A stretch of 64,000 bases of DNA from Ruditapes philippinarum. Lineage: Eukaryota. The stretch lies in assembly GCF_026571515.1 (NCBI RefSeq), contig NW_026860247.1, positions 372,001 through 436,000 of the forward strand, written 5' to 3'. Below the pieces are notes generated by a model. It was not told where the DNA came from. It worked only from the letters and a program-made list of their open reading frames with translations, and ran no database searches. The stretch's first letter is position 1, and every line of letters starts with the position of its first letter. Positions 39,201 to 53,545 of this stretch are shown here, piece by piece. A program made the position numbers and the translations under genes.

Positions 39201-41329
39201 AAACGACATTATGAAGGCAAAAGTCAAAGTATTCCTTATAAGAAGTGTTCGGACTGAATGTGTTGAAGATTTTTGTTCTTAATTGATTAAATAGAGGAAG
39301 GAAATATTACACCTTAAAATGGAGAAAAAATACGTATATTTGTTCCTTAAGCAATAATCATTTAAAAGTCAATCAATGACATTTCCATTTATAAAAAGCA
39401 TTCGATCCTTAATTCAAGAATAATTACAGCAAAAAATCACTAGATTGATTTTAAGCAACTTATAGTCTTGTTCATAATTTAAGAGCGTAGGTTTGTATAT
39501 AAATTAATTATATTTTTTCCAGATAACATTATTCTTAGCTAAAAAAATGTATCTTCTGTAGAAAGAAATTAAATTACTTATTCAGGGAGCATACACACGC
39601 AGATGCATCATGAGGGGGGGGGGGGTGGTGTTTGAGGTTTTGAGGCATCAGAATGTTGTTTCATTAATTTATATATGATTGATTTTGTTATGATTTTATT
39701 ATTGGTTTTCTATTCCGAATAGCTGAGCAGATGTCTCAGCTTTTTCTTTAAACATTCTTTGGATTTATGTTCAAAGTAATGCAGGTACAGTTTTTTGATA
39801 ACGATCGTTATCAACCTACTATGTTGGGAGACACCAACTTTGCCAGACAATCAGACAACATGCCTGTTTTCAAAAGAACTTTGATAAAAATTCTTTCCTT
39901 TATTTTTAATTTTTATGGTACTTGAAAATAATATATTGATAGACCAATCCCACGTAACAGAAAGCCAGGAAATTACTGTTGGAGGAGAACCTACTGAAAA
40001 TTTACTCCATAGTTTGTACAGGTGTTGTGCTCTTAGTTTTCGGAAGTTACATACAAATTAGTAGAAGCGGACATCCTTACTGTTCTGTCAAATGAAAGTA
40101 GACCCTAGCTTAGCACAAGATTAATTGTTACGTTTGTAATGAGCTTACATATTATTCATTCTACCTGCGTTCACAATACTGAAAAGTTTAGAGACAGGCG
40201 GTTCGTTCAACTGATTTATCACAAAGGTTATGTATATTAGCCATTCGCTTATATAATATCTCTATTGATATTATGCATATTCGTTTTTGTCCTGCTAACT
40301 CAAAGAACATGGTATATGGAGTGGATGCTTTCTTAAAAATAGCAGGTGTCTCGTTTACATATCATAGAATATCTTCGGCTACATGAAACCATTATGTACT
40401 CTCTGCTAAATTTTCTAAACCTCAAGCCGTCTGTAACCGAAATCTTGCATGCGCGGAATTATAATTGGACCTCAATCTCCTTTAGACTACTCACTATTAT
40501 ATTTTTGCATTGTCCAAGGATAACGGCTACTTTACGGTGATTAAACCCGATCCCCTTGAACCATGTTATCAAATACATTCAGTGATAATTCTATTTTAAT
40601 GGGCTGCATGACTCTCTACTATAATCTCATATTGACATTACAGTAACGTGTGTGTAAACAATTCAAGCGAATCTCTACATCTGCTGATCAGCTCATTCAA
40701 CACGTAACCGCAAAGTACTGTTTAAGAAGCGCAGAATATAATGTATTAAGAGTTCTTTCTTGTTGTGTCTATGATTATACAGAAAACTAGATGTCTAAGC
40801 CTTAACGAGTTCTAATTATATTTGTTTGAAATTATCTCTTAGAACTAAAAAATGTATTAAATACATTACAAATAGCCTGTTGATGCTATTTGATGTTTCC
40901 GAAAATATTTTAAAAATTAAAACGGTAAAAAAAGATCTAAACAAGCATTCCATCTCAATCGTTCGATTATTCAACGATTTTATTTGACCAATTCTGTTTT
41001 CATGGATTATTGGTTGACGAATTTTGAAATGATCGACGAAACAGTTTTTGCGTAGGTACAATGCATGAAGCTACTATGCAGATAGAGACGACAGCGATCT
41101 GCATTTATGAAATAGTGCACCCGGTTGAATTGAATAATTGAACATCATTATGATTGAAGACATTCCATTATATCATAATGGTAAAATTCTAACAAAGACC
41201 ACCTCCAGTACGTCTAATTTAGTTTTCAATGATCTAGATTTTGTTCATTCAATTGTTTCTCACGACTGACTCAGTGAATGTATACTATACAATGGTTTCT
41301 CAACAATAGTTAACGATCATTAGCAACCA

Positions 41330-44300
41330 CTATTCATATACACAGTCACCCTACTCTAGCATCGCTCGCACATGTTCTGACACATTTCTTCTAGTATTTA
41401 GCATTGAATATTACTTCTCTCTCTCTCTCATGACATACCGCAATCAAATCATCCGATGATCAACTAGAAATAAAATAATCATGCAGGAAAGACACTTCCA
41501 GATGACTTCAGAGCCTTTTACTCCTACAACATTTAGATTTCGTTTACAATTCACATGTAATGTAAATGCCTACAATGCGTAAGCTTAACAATGACCGATG
41601 CACCAATTTCTGGTACCCTGATTTAATCCTAACAATACTCTGTATATATTTTTCCGTATTTGGCTTATCTCGTGAGGACGTAAGTTGAGTACTACTTACA
41701 GTAATCTTACGACATTAAGTGTGCCTAAAACCTTAAGAACTCATTTCATTATCAACGCACCTGAGACACCAAACTGTCATAGAGATTCGAAGACTTTTAC
41801 ATTTTCATTTTAAAGCAACACATCCGTATGATCTATAAGACTTAACATTTATAACAATAATAAATAGACCATGACAGATGGAGCCGACTGACGCATTAGA
41901 ATACTCGAAACGAACCGCTCTCATTTAAGTTAACAATCTAACACGCAGAATCGTAATCACGTCATACCAATTCAGCTCACAGCGAGCTATGTCATATCTG
42001 TTCTTTACTTGTCCCAACAACAATAATAAGTCACGACGAACAGCAACGAATCGCAAACTACGATCTTAACAGTACTGTAACTCGACCTCAAACTCTTGAC
42101 CTTCAACGATTGATGATGATGAACAATCTTTCTTATCACGAAAAGAACAAAACAGTACAATACTCACCCTTATTGATTTAAAGAACTTGACTTACATATA
42201 AGACTTCGATAATGAGTGCGAGTTAAAAGAAAAATCGTTTACTACAGTAAATCGTAGACAGGCAAGGGTGATCTATAATTGTTTTGGTTATTGAATATCA
42301 ACATTACTCTGACCAGGTACATATTTCCACGATATTGTTAATATCCATTATTTTAAAATATGATTTATAAGTGTATATCACAACAAATCTACAATATATT
42401 GTTGCATGTGTTTCGTTACAAATCTTTATCTCTGTTCAAATAAGCCAAGTATCTCCTCTTTGAATATAAAGATGATTCCTGATACCATAGAAATCGTATC
42501 TTGTATATTGGCGGCTATTGATAGTAACGCAATCAGAATTCTGCACACAGTTTTCTCGACTCTAAGGTTTATTATAGTAGCCTTATAGCGACAGTACAAT
42601 TCGACTCTATCAATGTCTCAATCGTTTATGACAAAATTGTTTCATCTATATTGATGCGCTCTAAACATACCTTGCCATGATCTGTAGAACCTCTTATGAT
42701 ACTACTCATCTATTAAACAGACGAACATACGCGAGTTGGCTTGCATCGATAACGATATCATATCTGAAACCTTCGCGATCTCATTTGTGTCCATGTAATA
42801 TCTATTGCTAAAATCTTAGTAGATGGTCGGAGCAGAAGGCTGAGTATCAGTGTCGTAGTTGACACTGCTTCAAAATAACAGCTTCATAATTTCGCTAGTC
42901 CTGATGGCTGGTCTCGCGGTAGGTCACGTCCATCCGACGGTCCTCCCTTGCAACACACTTAGTAATCGACTCTATCATACGGCCGCGTGGTGCGATCTTG
43001 TTTCTTGCAAGCTTGTCAGGCTAAATTATGGGTTTATTGCTTTAAATCAATTTTGGTACTAGAGTATGGATGACAAAATGGTCAGTCCAATGTTACTATA
43101 CCGAGTTATAAAAATCCATTTTCAGTACTTTACTTTAATACATGTCGCTCTCAGGAGTGTAGATTCCATATTGTATAAGAACATGTTCGTCTTTTCAAGA
43201 AGCCTTCAAGCTAAAAGAATTTTAGTAGAGGAAATATTGCTTAAGTTTAGTTATATAATGATTATTCATAATACCTATATTCCACTATATATGTCATTCT
43301 TGGAATCAACTATAACTTTCAAGCTTCATCAATTACACCTATTACTAATGCTATTAGACCAGAATTATTTTTCTTCGAAGATGATATCTTTAAATATGGT
43401 TAACAAGATCACATCCTAAACAATATTTTTGTCAAGAAATCTCGCAGACAACGGAAGTGCATTCAGAAACTACAACCTAAACAATGAAATAAAAAGAGAA
43501 TAGATTACTCAAACATCGATTTTTCGTCCCTCTGTTGACTATCGAATACCTAATTCCTATCGACTTTTAGTCATCGGATCCAAACAATTATAATACCTCA
43601 AGTTCGTAAGAACCTCTGTGATGACATAACCTATGCCTATATACAGTATTCCATCTCATCACAATTTCAGTTCTTGTCGATGTAATTAATCCTTAACTAG
43701 GGGGAAGATCAATTCTTGAAATGTCCTTCAGTTCCAAAATACCATTTCATATATGGCTTTCAACTTTTGTGCCTATGTCTCCTTCGACTGAATAATCTCT
43801 ACATCATACTATGAGAAAATTTATAACCATTGACACAAATCGCTTAGCCAATATCTTGGTAGTAAAAGAATTAGCGATACTTTATATGGCGAATAAACCA
43901 TCTCGCAGCATGAAATGATTAGCACACGTCTCACAAAACCATTTGCTTTTTATAAACACTTTGAAATTAGTAAAAACGCTTCCTCGGTCTCGTTTTTTAG
44001 CGTACGTTATTTGGATCTCTGTCATACATAAAATCAAATTACACACCCTACAATAAAAATGTAGTCCATCATTACCTCCTTAACGTATAATTTGTCTTCT
44101 CCTGTAATTCACCTTTGAGGTGGCCTCTATCCGAATCAAATAACTTTACCTCAGTATATTCTCCCTGCGCTTGCACTTTCACTCACATCCTAAGGCACAC
44201 CCACCGCAATAAAGGCTCAATTCCTTATTCATATTGTCGTTCTAAACCCCTTGTTGGTTCCAATCAATCCTCTAGAGTGTAGACTTTTACAGTTGTTCGA

Positions 44301-45380
44301 GTTTTTTAAAGGCCCTAACTTCATTGGTCAAATAATGTTAATTCAACCCACGCCTACCACGAGGAATAAATTACTTCTCATACAAAATTCGTTCCCATTT
44401 TAATCGCTGAATAATGGAACTGTTGCTTTGATAGAAGCAGCAAACTTGATATGTAACAGACCTTCCTATTATCTTTCATAATCGTCATCTTAATTGCAAT
44501 AAACTATTAACGACAAAGCAACAATATCATAATATAGAAACATAATTACAGACCAACGTCAGTGGTTCTATAAAACCGAATGATTCTTGCTTCAAGCCAT
44601 ACTTTTTTCCATAATGCGAAAAAACTAAATCTTCTGAAACATACAAGCGCTTCCACGTCAACTTTATAGTTCTAACCACCATTATCATACACATTTACAA
44701 ATATCAATACGAAAATTGAAAGTTGAAAATGTTTATTAACTCAAAAGTTTCTAAAAAGATCAACGTTGCTATGATTAGTAAAGTACGAAATTTACGAATA
44801 AAAACACTATTTTTGATACTATTATCTTTGTCAATCAACGAGACACAAATGCTGAGATAATGTAGTTAATTGTCCTTTTTTAAAATATAATCAGAAAAAA
44901 ACGATATCACTATGCTTACTTAGAAAACATAAATGGGTTCTAATGGAAAATAAGTTTCTTCTTCACCTTTACTCCCGCTTCGATAATTCCACCCAAATAA
45001 CGAATCTTTGTCAAAAAAGCCTACTTTTTAACAGACATTGAAACAACCATTGGTCAGACACAAAACCGTTTTTTTCTACAATCACTATGCTTATACATAT
45101 ATACACTTGTACAGACGTGACTACAAATTGCACTTTTGCACAGAACCATATCCTAGCTTGTTTACACACTTAAGCGTTTTTCAACATCTGATCACTATTA
45201 TCGTGGAAGAGAATTTGGGACAATGAGCAGGACAGCATTACTATAACAATCTTCATATAATTCCGATAAGCACCAGTTTTTACTAAATTATCTTATTCGC
45301 TCTGTATGTATGTATTCTTATAATAATATACAAGAGATTCGCGAGTACCAATACCTATCACAGGTAAAAATGCAATTTTA
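41330..45380 (+). mobile_element. Heavily decayed Ty3/Gypsy LTR-retrotransposon pol region
   Basis: Colinear ghost motifs: IKQRTYRV (~42712), DNDII, SLVLMAG..VHP (like SLDLxxGxxQxxxHP), VLEY-DD..VS (~43057-43086), IHFQYFTLIHVALRS....VFS (like EHLxHLxxVFxxLR...KCxF), and weak integrase-like stretches at 44930-45360. Confidence 0.55.
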
Positions 45381-45764
45381 CAAAATCTTAAAAATCTTAC
45401 CGGTCTATAAATATATGATAGCTAAAGCAGATGATATATAACAATGACATGCGAGTCGTCATGTAACTGAATTGCCTTATGCTGCAACCTTGCAATGGAC
45501 TTGGTTTCATTGTTAACTCTGTCTCACACCACGCTCCAATTCTATGATTTTCTCTGCAATTGTTGCTTCTAATCACAAAAGGTTAAGTGCACTTGCGGTG
45601 CTCATGATAATCTCAAGCATTCACTCTAGATGCAAGAAGTAGTTCCTCTGTGAAAGTCTTATACCTTTACTAACTTTTGCTCCAGCTGAGCCAAAACTAG
45701 AACAAAATTGATTTAAAGATAGATACATTGTCATTGATAATAACATAATGTATCATTAATCGTG

Positions 45765-48700
45765 ACATCTACTTTTAGCCATTTTTTCAATTTAAACCCT
45801 TCAATGTATGTATAACGCATTAGATAATGTCTCTTTTTAGTGGGTTTTCAACGAGATTAAATCTATGATGTATGTTCTTAATTTCACGAGACATCTTTTA
45901 AAATAGTTTTTTTTAGCTTATTTAGTACGTCGCTGCGCGTTACATCCACATGTTTCCTCGTTAAATTGAAATACATTGGCGTAATATTTGACGAACTTCC
46001 ATCAGCAAGATTCAAACTGAAGCAGATAAATAATCGCTTAAAAGAAAATTAATTTGAAAATAACTTCTGCATATGCTGTTAAAAGAAAATATTGCAATAC
46101 CCTCTGCCCATTTAGAGATTCTTCAAGAATTCTTCAGTGAATATCGGAAGTGGTATGCATATGATAAACTTAAATACACTCAAAATGTTGAACATTGTCA
46201 CAATATTCGTCTTGATCTATAAATATCGTTTGCACCGAATGATGAATTGTAATGCAACTGAAAATATTGTAATGTTCAATGTTGGTCTTTAATAAACAAT
46301 TGAAAGCGATACTTATAACTTCTATTATGAGCATTGTTTTACATAAAATCTTGAAAAAAGTGCATTGTTGACTCAGTCAGATTCTGATTTTTGATTCACA
46401 CTGATATTCTACTACATACTGGATGATTCCCGCTTTGGTAATCGATTGTGTTTTAAGTACTAATACATAATCCTTCTAGCATTAAGTTATCTGTGATTTG
46501 AACATAAAAAGTTAGTTATAATTGAAACATTTTTCAATAGAATCTCGTTGAACTATTGTAAGCAGAAATAAACATCTTCGACAAACTTTGATAATTAGTT
46601 ATAGTAGCAAACGCTCAGTCTTCACCTTCTTCCTGGCTTATGACAGTGAGTATGAAGATAGTTTTAGATAAAAAATAAAATTTTTTTTGATAAGTATACT
46701 ATTGAACAAATACTCTATCTCTACGTTTATTCAAACAAAATCACAGAAAAACCAAAATCTTTAAAGAACACCTAAAACGCGAAAAAAATATTGCAGACTC
46801 GGTTTGATTGAGCCTGTTCAGGGTCGGTACTGAAAGGTGCAAGTTACCCGCTATGCCTCTTAGCACCGGCTAAATCGATAATAAACATTTAAACATGCTT
46901 GTCATATTCATTTGCAAATTGAGTATGAGTTATCTATGTATTATGCTATTATATCGGACATGGTGCAGCAATTTTCTGCATGTGCCAAAAACAAATGAGA
47001 ATCTTTCTCCATTAGCCTAAATTTATGTTTCGACATTAATGTTATAGCAGTTGTTGCAAACAAAAGATGGTCAAATAAGAGAAAAATAGATCATTGTAAT
47101 TTTGATTACCGGAAAAAGGTTCACTTGTATATAAATATTATGAAATATTTGTAATGCAGAATGCCTTGCATTAAGTGATTGAATAACCATAAATATTCTA
47201 AAACGGCTTCGGAAACCATTTTTTTATCAATAAAGCTATTATAAGAAAACGATTGTATTGTTTCTAGAAAAGAGATACTAAACTTGACATTTACATTTTA
47301 TTATCACAAAATCGTCTTCAGAGACGTCATTTCATCTTTCATAATTTTGCTTACCTCGGCAAACAATGCTAAAGTAAACAAAACCACATGCAGATTTTTT
47401 TTATAATTTAGGGTGATGCTTATAATGAGACTTTATCTTCTATTCTTCATCATTTTCTTTGAATATATTATTCGATTTGTATTATATTTATGTGTTTTAT
47501 GTTTATATTCGGATTTCGAAAACAGATAAAGATTTAAACGATAAAAAATTATGAGATATTTAGTTTATACAGATTTATTGTAGTTCGATTGTATTGGAAG
47601 TTCTAAGCTTATTGAAACACCCTCAAATCTGTTCCTGGAACCAAACAGTTCTAAGCAATGCGTGTAAAGTTTCTTGTTCAACGAAAGACTACCAAAACCA
47701 CCTGTATTTTTTATGAAATTTCAGGAAATATACCGAAACATTTCAAAAATAAAATTTTCAAATAAGAAGGATTGTAATATGAATGAAGAATCTTTTAGCT
47801 AAACACTGTTTACTTGTTTTAAGGTTACAATGTAATGCCCATCTTATAGCACTGTCCATAAACAGACTAGATTAAACTGAGTCTGCACCATTTTAAATTA
47901 AGACATTTTGGACGTTCTCTAGTGATTCAATTTCTCTCTATTTCATCTATATTAGGCGGTAACATCACTTCATGTCTGATATTTGTCTGTCACTTGAGTA
48001 TAGGTTATTTATGTATTATAGTATTATTGCGGAAATGGTGTAATAATTTTATGTTTTCTTTATGCAGAAACAAATTAGAAAGGATTAACATTGTTCTTAT
48101 TATGTTTTCGGTCATCATTTTGTCATCTATTGCAGACAAAATTTGACAAATGAATAAGCACATCATCAATCAAAAACTAATTCTAGAAATATACTTGCCC
48201 AAAACGACACACATTTCTACTAGAATATATTCTTAAATGATTGATTCTTGAACATTTCCCATATCAAAATATTACATTTGTATCGTATCTATCAGAAAAT
48301 TATTTTTATTAAAATTATTATCTGTCGTTTAAACTTTGCCAACGTTGACATATCATGTTGCTTTACAGTCAGAGAAAATTTGCCTTTAGTTACTGAAACA
48401 CGAATTTAGAAAATCGTTTAGCGTCTTAATGTGCTTTATTTCAGAAATAATATTCTATGACTATATGGTAGAAATATCATATCTATATTCATACTTATAT
48501 TCACTATGCTTTTTTAAAAAAAAAAAGTTGCAAATTTTTTTCTTTTTTTAATAGTAATATTTGTATATTTTAAATATTTTTCTCGCTCTATATTAACAAT
48601 AATATACTTAAATTACTTTAGATGTATTTTATTCTTTTATTCAATTTTAACACATGTTCACAAATCGTTGTATTAGTTTTTATGAAACTTTTTGTTTAAT

Positions 48701-49180
48701 GTGACTATAAAATGCGAAAAACTACACCGCCCTATTCAATTCGGCTTTTAAGAACAAAAATGGAAAAGAATAGGTTAGAAAGTATAATGTGTCTAAAGTA
48801 ATTGTCGTGTATCTTGAAACGATTAATGTAATGTTCTATTTTGTCTTCAAATACATATGTGAACCTGTCCTCTCCAAAAGCAGAAAAAAATATCTGTAAT
48901 CACATCAAATAATAACATATTACATCGCTAGACATCTAGTAGAAGATTCTGGCATTTTTGGATAATATCTGCAATACATTGTCTTGATATGATCAAACGT
49001 CTGCCAATTATGATGCCAGATACTTATATGGAAATAGTTTAACATAACTCTGTTATACAAGATTTGTAGATATGTCTGCAACATCCTCGCAAATAAACGT
49101 TATTTTTCAGCATCTTTTTCAACAAATGCATTATTGAATGTCTGGTATTGTAAACGCAATATACGTATATAGCAGTACTT
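45765..49180 (+). repeat. Segmental duplication, copy B
   Basis: Colinear with 26715-30655. Confidence 0.88.
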
Positions 49181-52100
49181 AAATTAAAAATTATCATAAG
49201 TGTATGCTAAAAATATAATGTCCCTTTATGTAATGTCTGTGGACGTTATCTTTCCTATGAGTTTGGGACAGAAGCGGACAGCGGAGGCCTTGTTTTTAAA
49301 ACCATATTATAAATGCATTTTTTTTGTTGGAAACTCTGTTCCTCTTCAGGAAACCTCTATACAATTATTTAACTTCCTACAAACTTTCATCTCTATATAT
49401 GATGTTTTCAAATGTTTCTTTCTAATTAGGAAATTATTGGTTATAATTCATTACAGTGGTTGTAGAATGTTTTAAATGTGCCTTCTGGGTGCCCTGCTGG
49501 TATATGCTGGACTTTGAATTGTGTCGTGTTCTCTGAATGTAGCCTTGCTTTGTTGATCTTTATTCTCATGTTTTAAATCAGAACAAAAATGTCTTTCCTC
49601 CTGAATTTATAGATAAACCGACCATATCAAACATCTTTAACAAAATTCTCCTGAATTTGTATATCACTGTGATTGTGAAATGAAAAATTGCTTCACTAAT
49701 CGATATAATTGAAGCTAACATTGTGATAATAATATAAAACTGTCAATCAAAAATGCTCCAGCGAATTTGCAGCAAATCGTTAAACGAGTAAAAGGTTACG
49801 GCGTACGCAATTATGCAGTACAAAACACCATAAATAGCCGACTTGATTTATAATTTCTGGACCAAATTGTAAACAAATTATCATTTACCGTTATCTTTAC
49901 CTACGATTTAACAATTACAATAATGCGTATTGGTGATAAATTTTCTTATAACGTTTCAGTAAATGACTCCCTTGGGAAGAAGAGAAGAGTAGTTATTTTG
50001 TCAAGTCCGGATTCGATGTTGAAATCAAAATTTCTATTTGCTACTCTCAGTAAAAAATGTTAAGGTTCAAGATAAACTTATATTAGATAGCCCAAGTTTT
50101 TTACAAAATAATAATTGTTTTCAGATTGATTTTATTAACTTGGAATACAAATAACATTCAATCAACAAAATTATAAGGTCATATGGCGCCGAAACAGAAA
50201 AAATTATATTGGCCAACCTCGGGTGTTACCAACTTAAAGCAGGACCAGGCATTAAAATTAAACCACAAGACTACATATTGATTAATGTAATAAGGCTTAA
50301 GTTATGGTAAACAATGTGATTAATTCGACTTGTTCTACGACAAATTAACAGGATGCCAGATTAAAATGATCTGCCGTGTCATCATGTGTGACAATGTGCC
50401 TGTGACGTAGTATTCATTACAGTAGTACTAAGATACTTCTTTTTGTGTGTTTGTTGTTTGTTTGCATGTTTGTTTGAGTTTAACGGTGACACTGATACAT
50501 AACTATCTGGTGATACCGTGCCAAACACTGTTAGAAGTAGGCCTAGAATGAGTTTGTACTAGCGAGTTAGTAAAATCTTAAAATATTTGTTTACTTTTTT
50601 TAGAAATATTATGACCTAGGGCATCATCTTTAGTTTTTCATACAAGAAACGTTCTCTACCTCACGGTCTTGATTAATTTCTACAGAAACAGACTTCCGAT
50701 TTCACATTATGCCATTTCTTCAAAACGACCTGGCTTTTATACTATAGAAACTAGAGGACTTTTTTTATAAGATATTCTTCTGGATATTTTACAGACGTCA
50801 GTAACGGTAGTATATTCATTAAGTTGCTAAGGGAACGTACTTTGTAGATATTATCCATATATGGGTTGAAAATTTGATGGATATTTCTCTGCTCTCTTTA
50901 ATTATTTCTTTTGGGACATTTCTAATGCAAATGCTTTATTCTATGTGCTCAGCACTTTATATCAATAAGTAGGACAAGTACTCCATATTATTAAGTAGGA
51001 TAGATAGTTATTTTCCTGATGCAAATTCAATTTTTGAGGTCTCTTATTACTATTTTAATATAGTCATCCAGTGAGGATTTATAGATTTTAATAAATACCT
51101 GCACCTAAAGTATTTTACCCATTGATGAGCATAGCATAATCTTTATGAATGTAACTGTTAACTGTGCCAAATTGTTCGTCTCGATTTGCTGGCAATGATT
51201 AATCATTTCCATGGTTCAATATGTTACAAAGACAAATGACACGAAAGAAATAGCAAGTCTTGTAATTGCTAGCAGGAAATCATTCATTGATTAAGAAGAT
51301 ATCCTGGACGTGTGCCATTTGGCACATTCTAGGTCAATGACAATACCGTACATTTTAATAATTTTTTATCAACATACAAAGATACTTTATTCACTCCAAA
51401 GCTTCCTTTAGAGATACCTTTATACGTTTTATAAATTGATGGTAACAAAATAAGAGTAAACCGGTATACTAAATTAAGTTATTTCAACAAAAAGGAACTA
51501 AAATAACCATATTCCTTAAATAAATGCAGCGTGACTGCGACAGTTAGTATGCTATTAGAAAAGTAAAGTGTAGTTTAAAGAATAACAATATTATTTCAAA
51601 TATTTGTACAAAAATATCGGTATGACGATGTCTTTGTTTAAATCATACTTTTTTGTGTTTCGAAAAGAAATGCCAGTCAACTAGTTTTGATATGTTCGGT
51701 AACTATACAAAAAGCAATATATTTAATTTACGCTTTAATTCTTGATCAATGAATTCAATATGGAATCTGGATTTTTTGCTTATTACTCAATGTCGCAATT
51801 TTAAGATTCTGAAAGCTTTAAAGAGGAATTTGAATGACTTAATATATTGAACGAGTTCAATGAAATTATATTTTGCGAGCCTTTGGCGGGTATAATATTA
51901 CTTTGTTCAGCGAGTTCAATAAAGTTAAGCTACACAAATATGATATAATATTCTATTTATCACATATTTAAAATACGAACAATTTACTGTAAAAAGGAAC
52001 CTTTTTTCATTGACGTGCCTATAGTATAACGCTTACATTTAGCGCGGCTTGCACTGTTTGTATGATGCAAATGACATTACGTCAAAATATATGCACGGTC

Positions 52101-52596
52101 GTGTAATACCGCTTTTAGGGATTTGCAAAAGGAGCACGCGAATGTGATACTTTGATTATTATACCCCTTTTTAAATATTGGCATGACTGTTTTAATGACT
52201 TAAAAACTAACAATAGTATCCACATTAAAATTAAACTATTTGCATATTATGACAAAGGACAATATTTTGGTTGCTTTGTTCTTGAAGTTATGCGACTTTC
52301 TAAGCTTTCTCAAAAGATCTTACAAGAAAGCTGATTTTAATACTACAACACGGTAGTTGAAATACTAAATCATCCTAACAAATAGAGAACAAGAATTTGT
52401 AACAGAATTACCAACGTCCCCCGCCTCGGGGAATTTTTATATGAAGCATAGTATTGTTCTATTTCAAAAGATTGAGGTATGGATCTCAGGACTTTCAGTC
52501 CAAACTTTTAATCAATGCTAGATCTGCAAATGCAACAATAAATTTATAAAAGAAATAAAATGAAACACGGAACATAAAAAAATTATCATGTAAAGC

Positions 52597-53545
52597 TTTG
52601 ACCTCTAAGTGTGACCTTGAACTTGGAGGTAAGGGTGCAGTTGTTATGCATGACATATCGTCTTATTATTGAAACTATTTGTGCCAAGTATTTTCAAAAT
52701 CCCTTGAACTATGAAGAAGTTATAGATCAGACACAAAATATACCCTATAACATACTTTGTAAATCTTTGACCTGTAAGTGTGACCTTGACCTTGGAGGTA
52801 GGGACACAGGTGTTACGCACGACTTATCATCTTATCATCGTGACTATTTGTGCCAAGTATTTTCAAAATCCCTTGATCTATGAAGTTATGGACAGGACAC
52901 AAAATATACCATATAACAGACTGTTAACCTTTGACCTCTTAGTGTGACCTTGACCTTGGAGGTAGGGGTGCAGGTGTTGTACTTGACATATTGTCTTCTT
53001 ATAATGACTATTTGTGTCTAGTTATTTTAAAATCCCGAAAAAGATCTTGATCGGACACAAAATATACCCTAAAAAAGAACATGTTAATTTTTGACCTCTA
53101 AGTGTGACCTTGAACTTGGAAGTAGGGATGCAGGTGTTGTGCATAACATATTGGCTTATTATATTGACAAAATCTTTCGATCTATGAAAAAGGTATGGAC
53201 CGGACACAAAATATACCCTATAACAGACTATGTTAAACTTTGACCTCCAAGTGTGAACTTGGAGGTAGGTGACCGATTGTTGCGCATGACACATCGTCTC
53301 ATTATTGTGAACAATTGTGGCAAGTATTTACAAAATCCCTTCAAAGATAAGAAAGTTATTGACCGGACACGACAGATACCCTCAAATAGACAATGTTGAC
53401 CTTGAATGAGCAAGTGCGACCTTGACCTTGGGGGTAGGGGTCTGGTTTTTGCGCATGACACATCTTCTTATTATAACAAACATTTGTGCCAAGTTATTTC
53501 AGATTCCTTTGATAAATGACAAAGTTATGGACCGGACACGCAAGT
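52597..53545 (+). repeat. Tandem array of ~6 units of ~165 bp (tttgacctctaagtgtgaccttgaccttggaggtaggg...), probably the core of a non-autonomous element starting near 52388
   Basis: Unit starts near 52597, 52766, 52930, 53090, 53239 and 53395. Confidence 0.9.

Noticed and set aside
52597-53545. CRISPR-like array or coding repeat (ORFs 52611-53685)
   Set aside because: Whole ~165-bp units repeat with no unique spacers, there are no cas genes, and the context is eukaryotic
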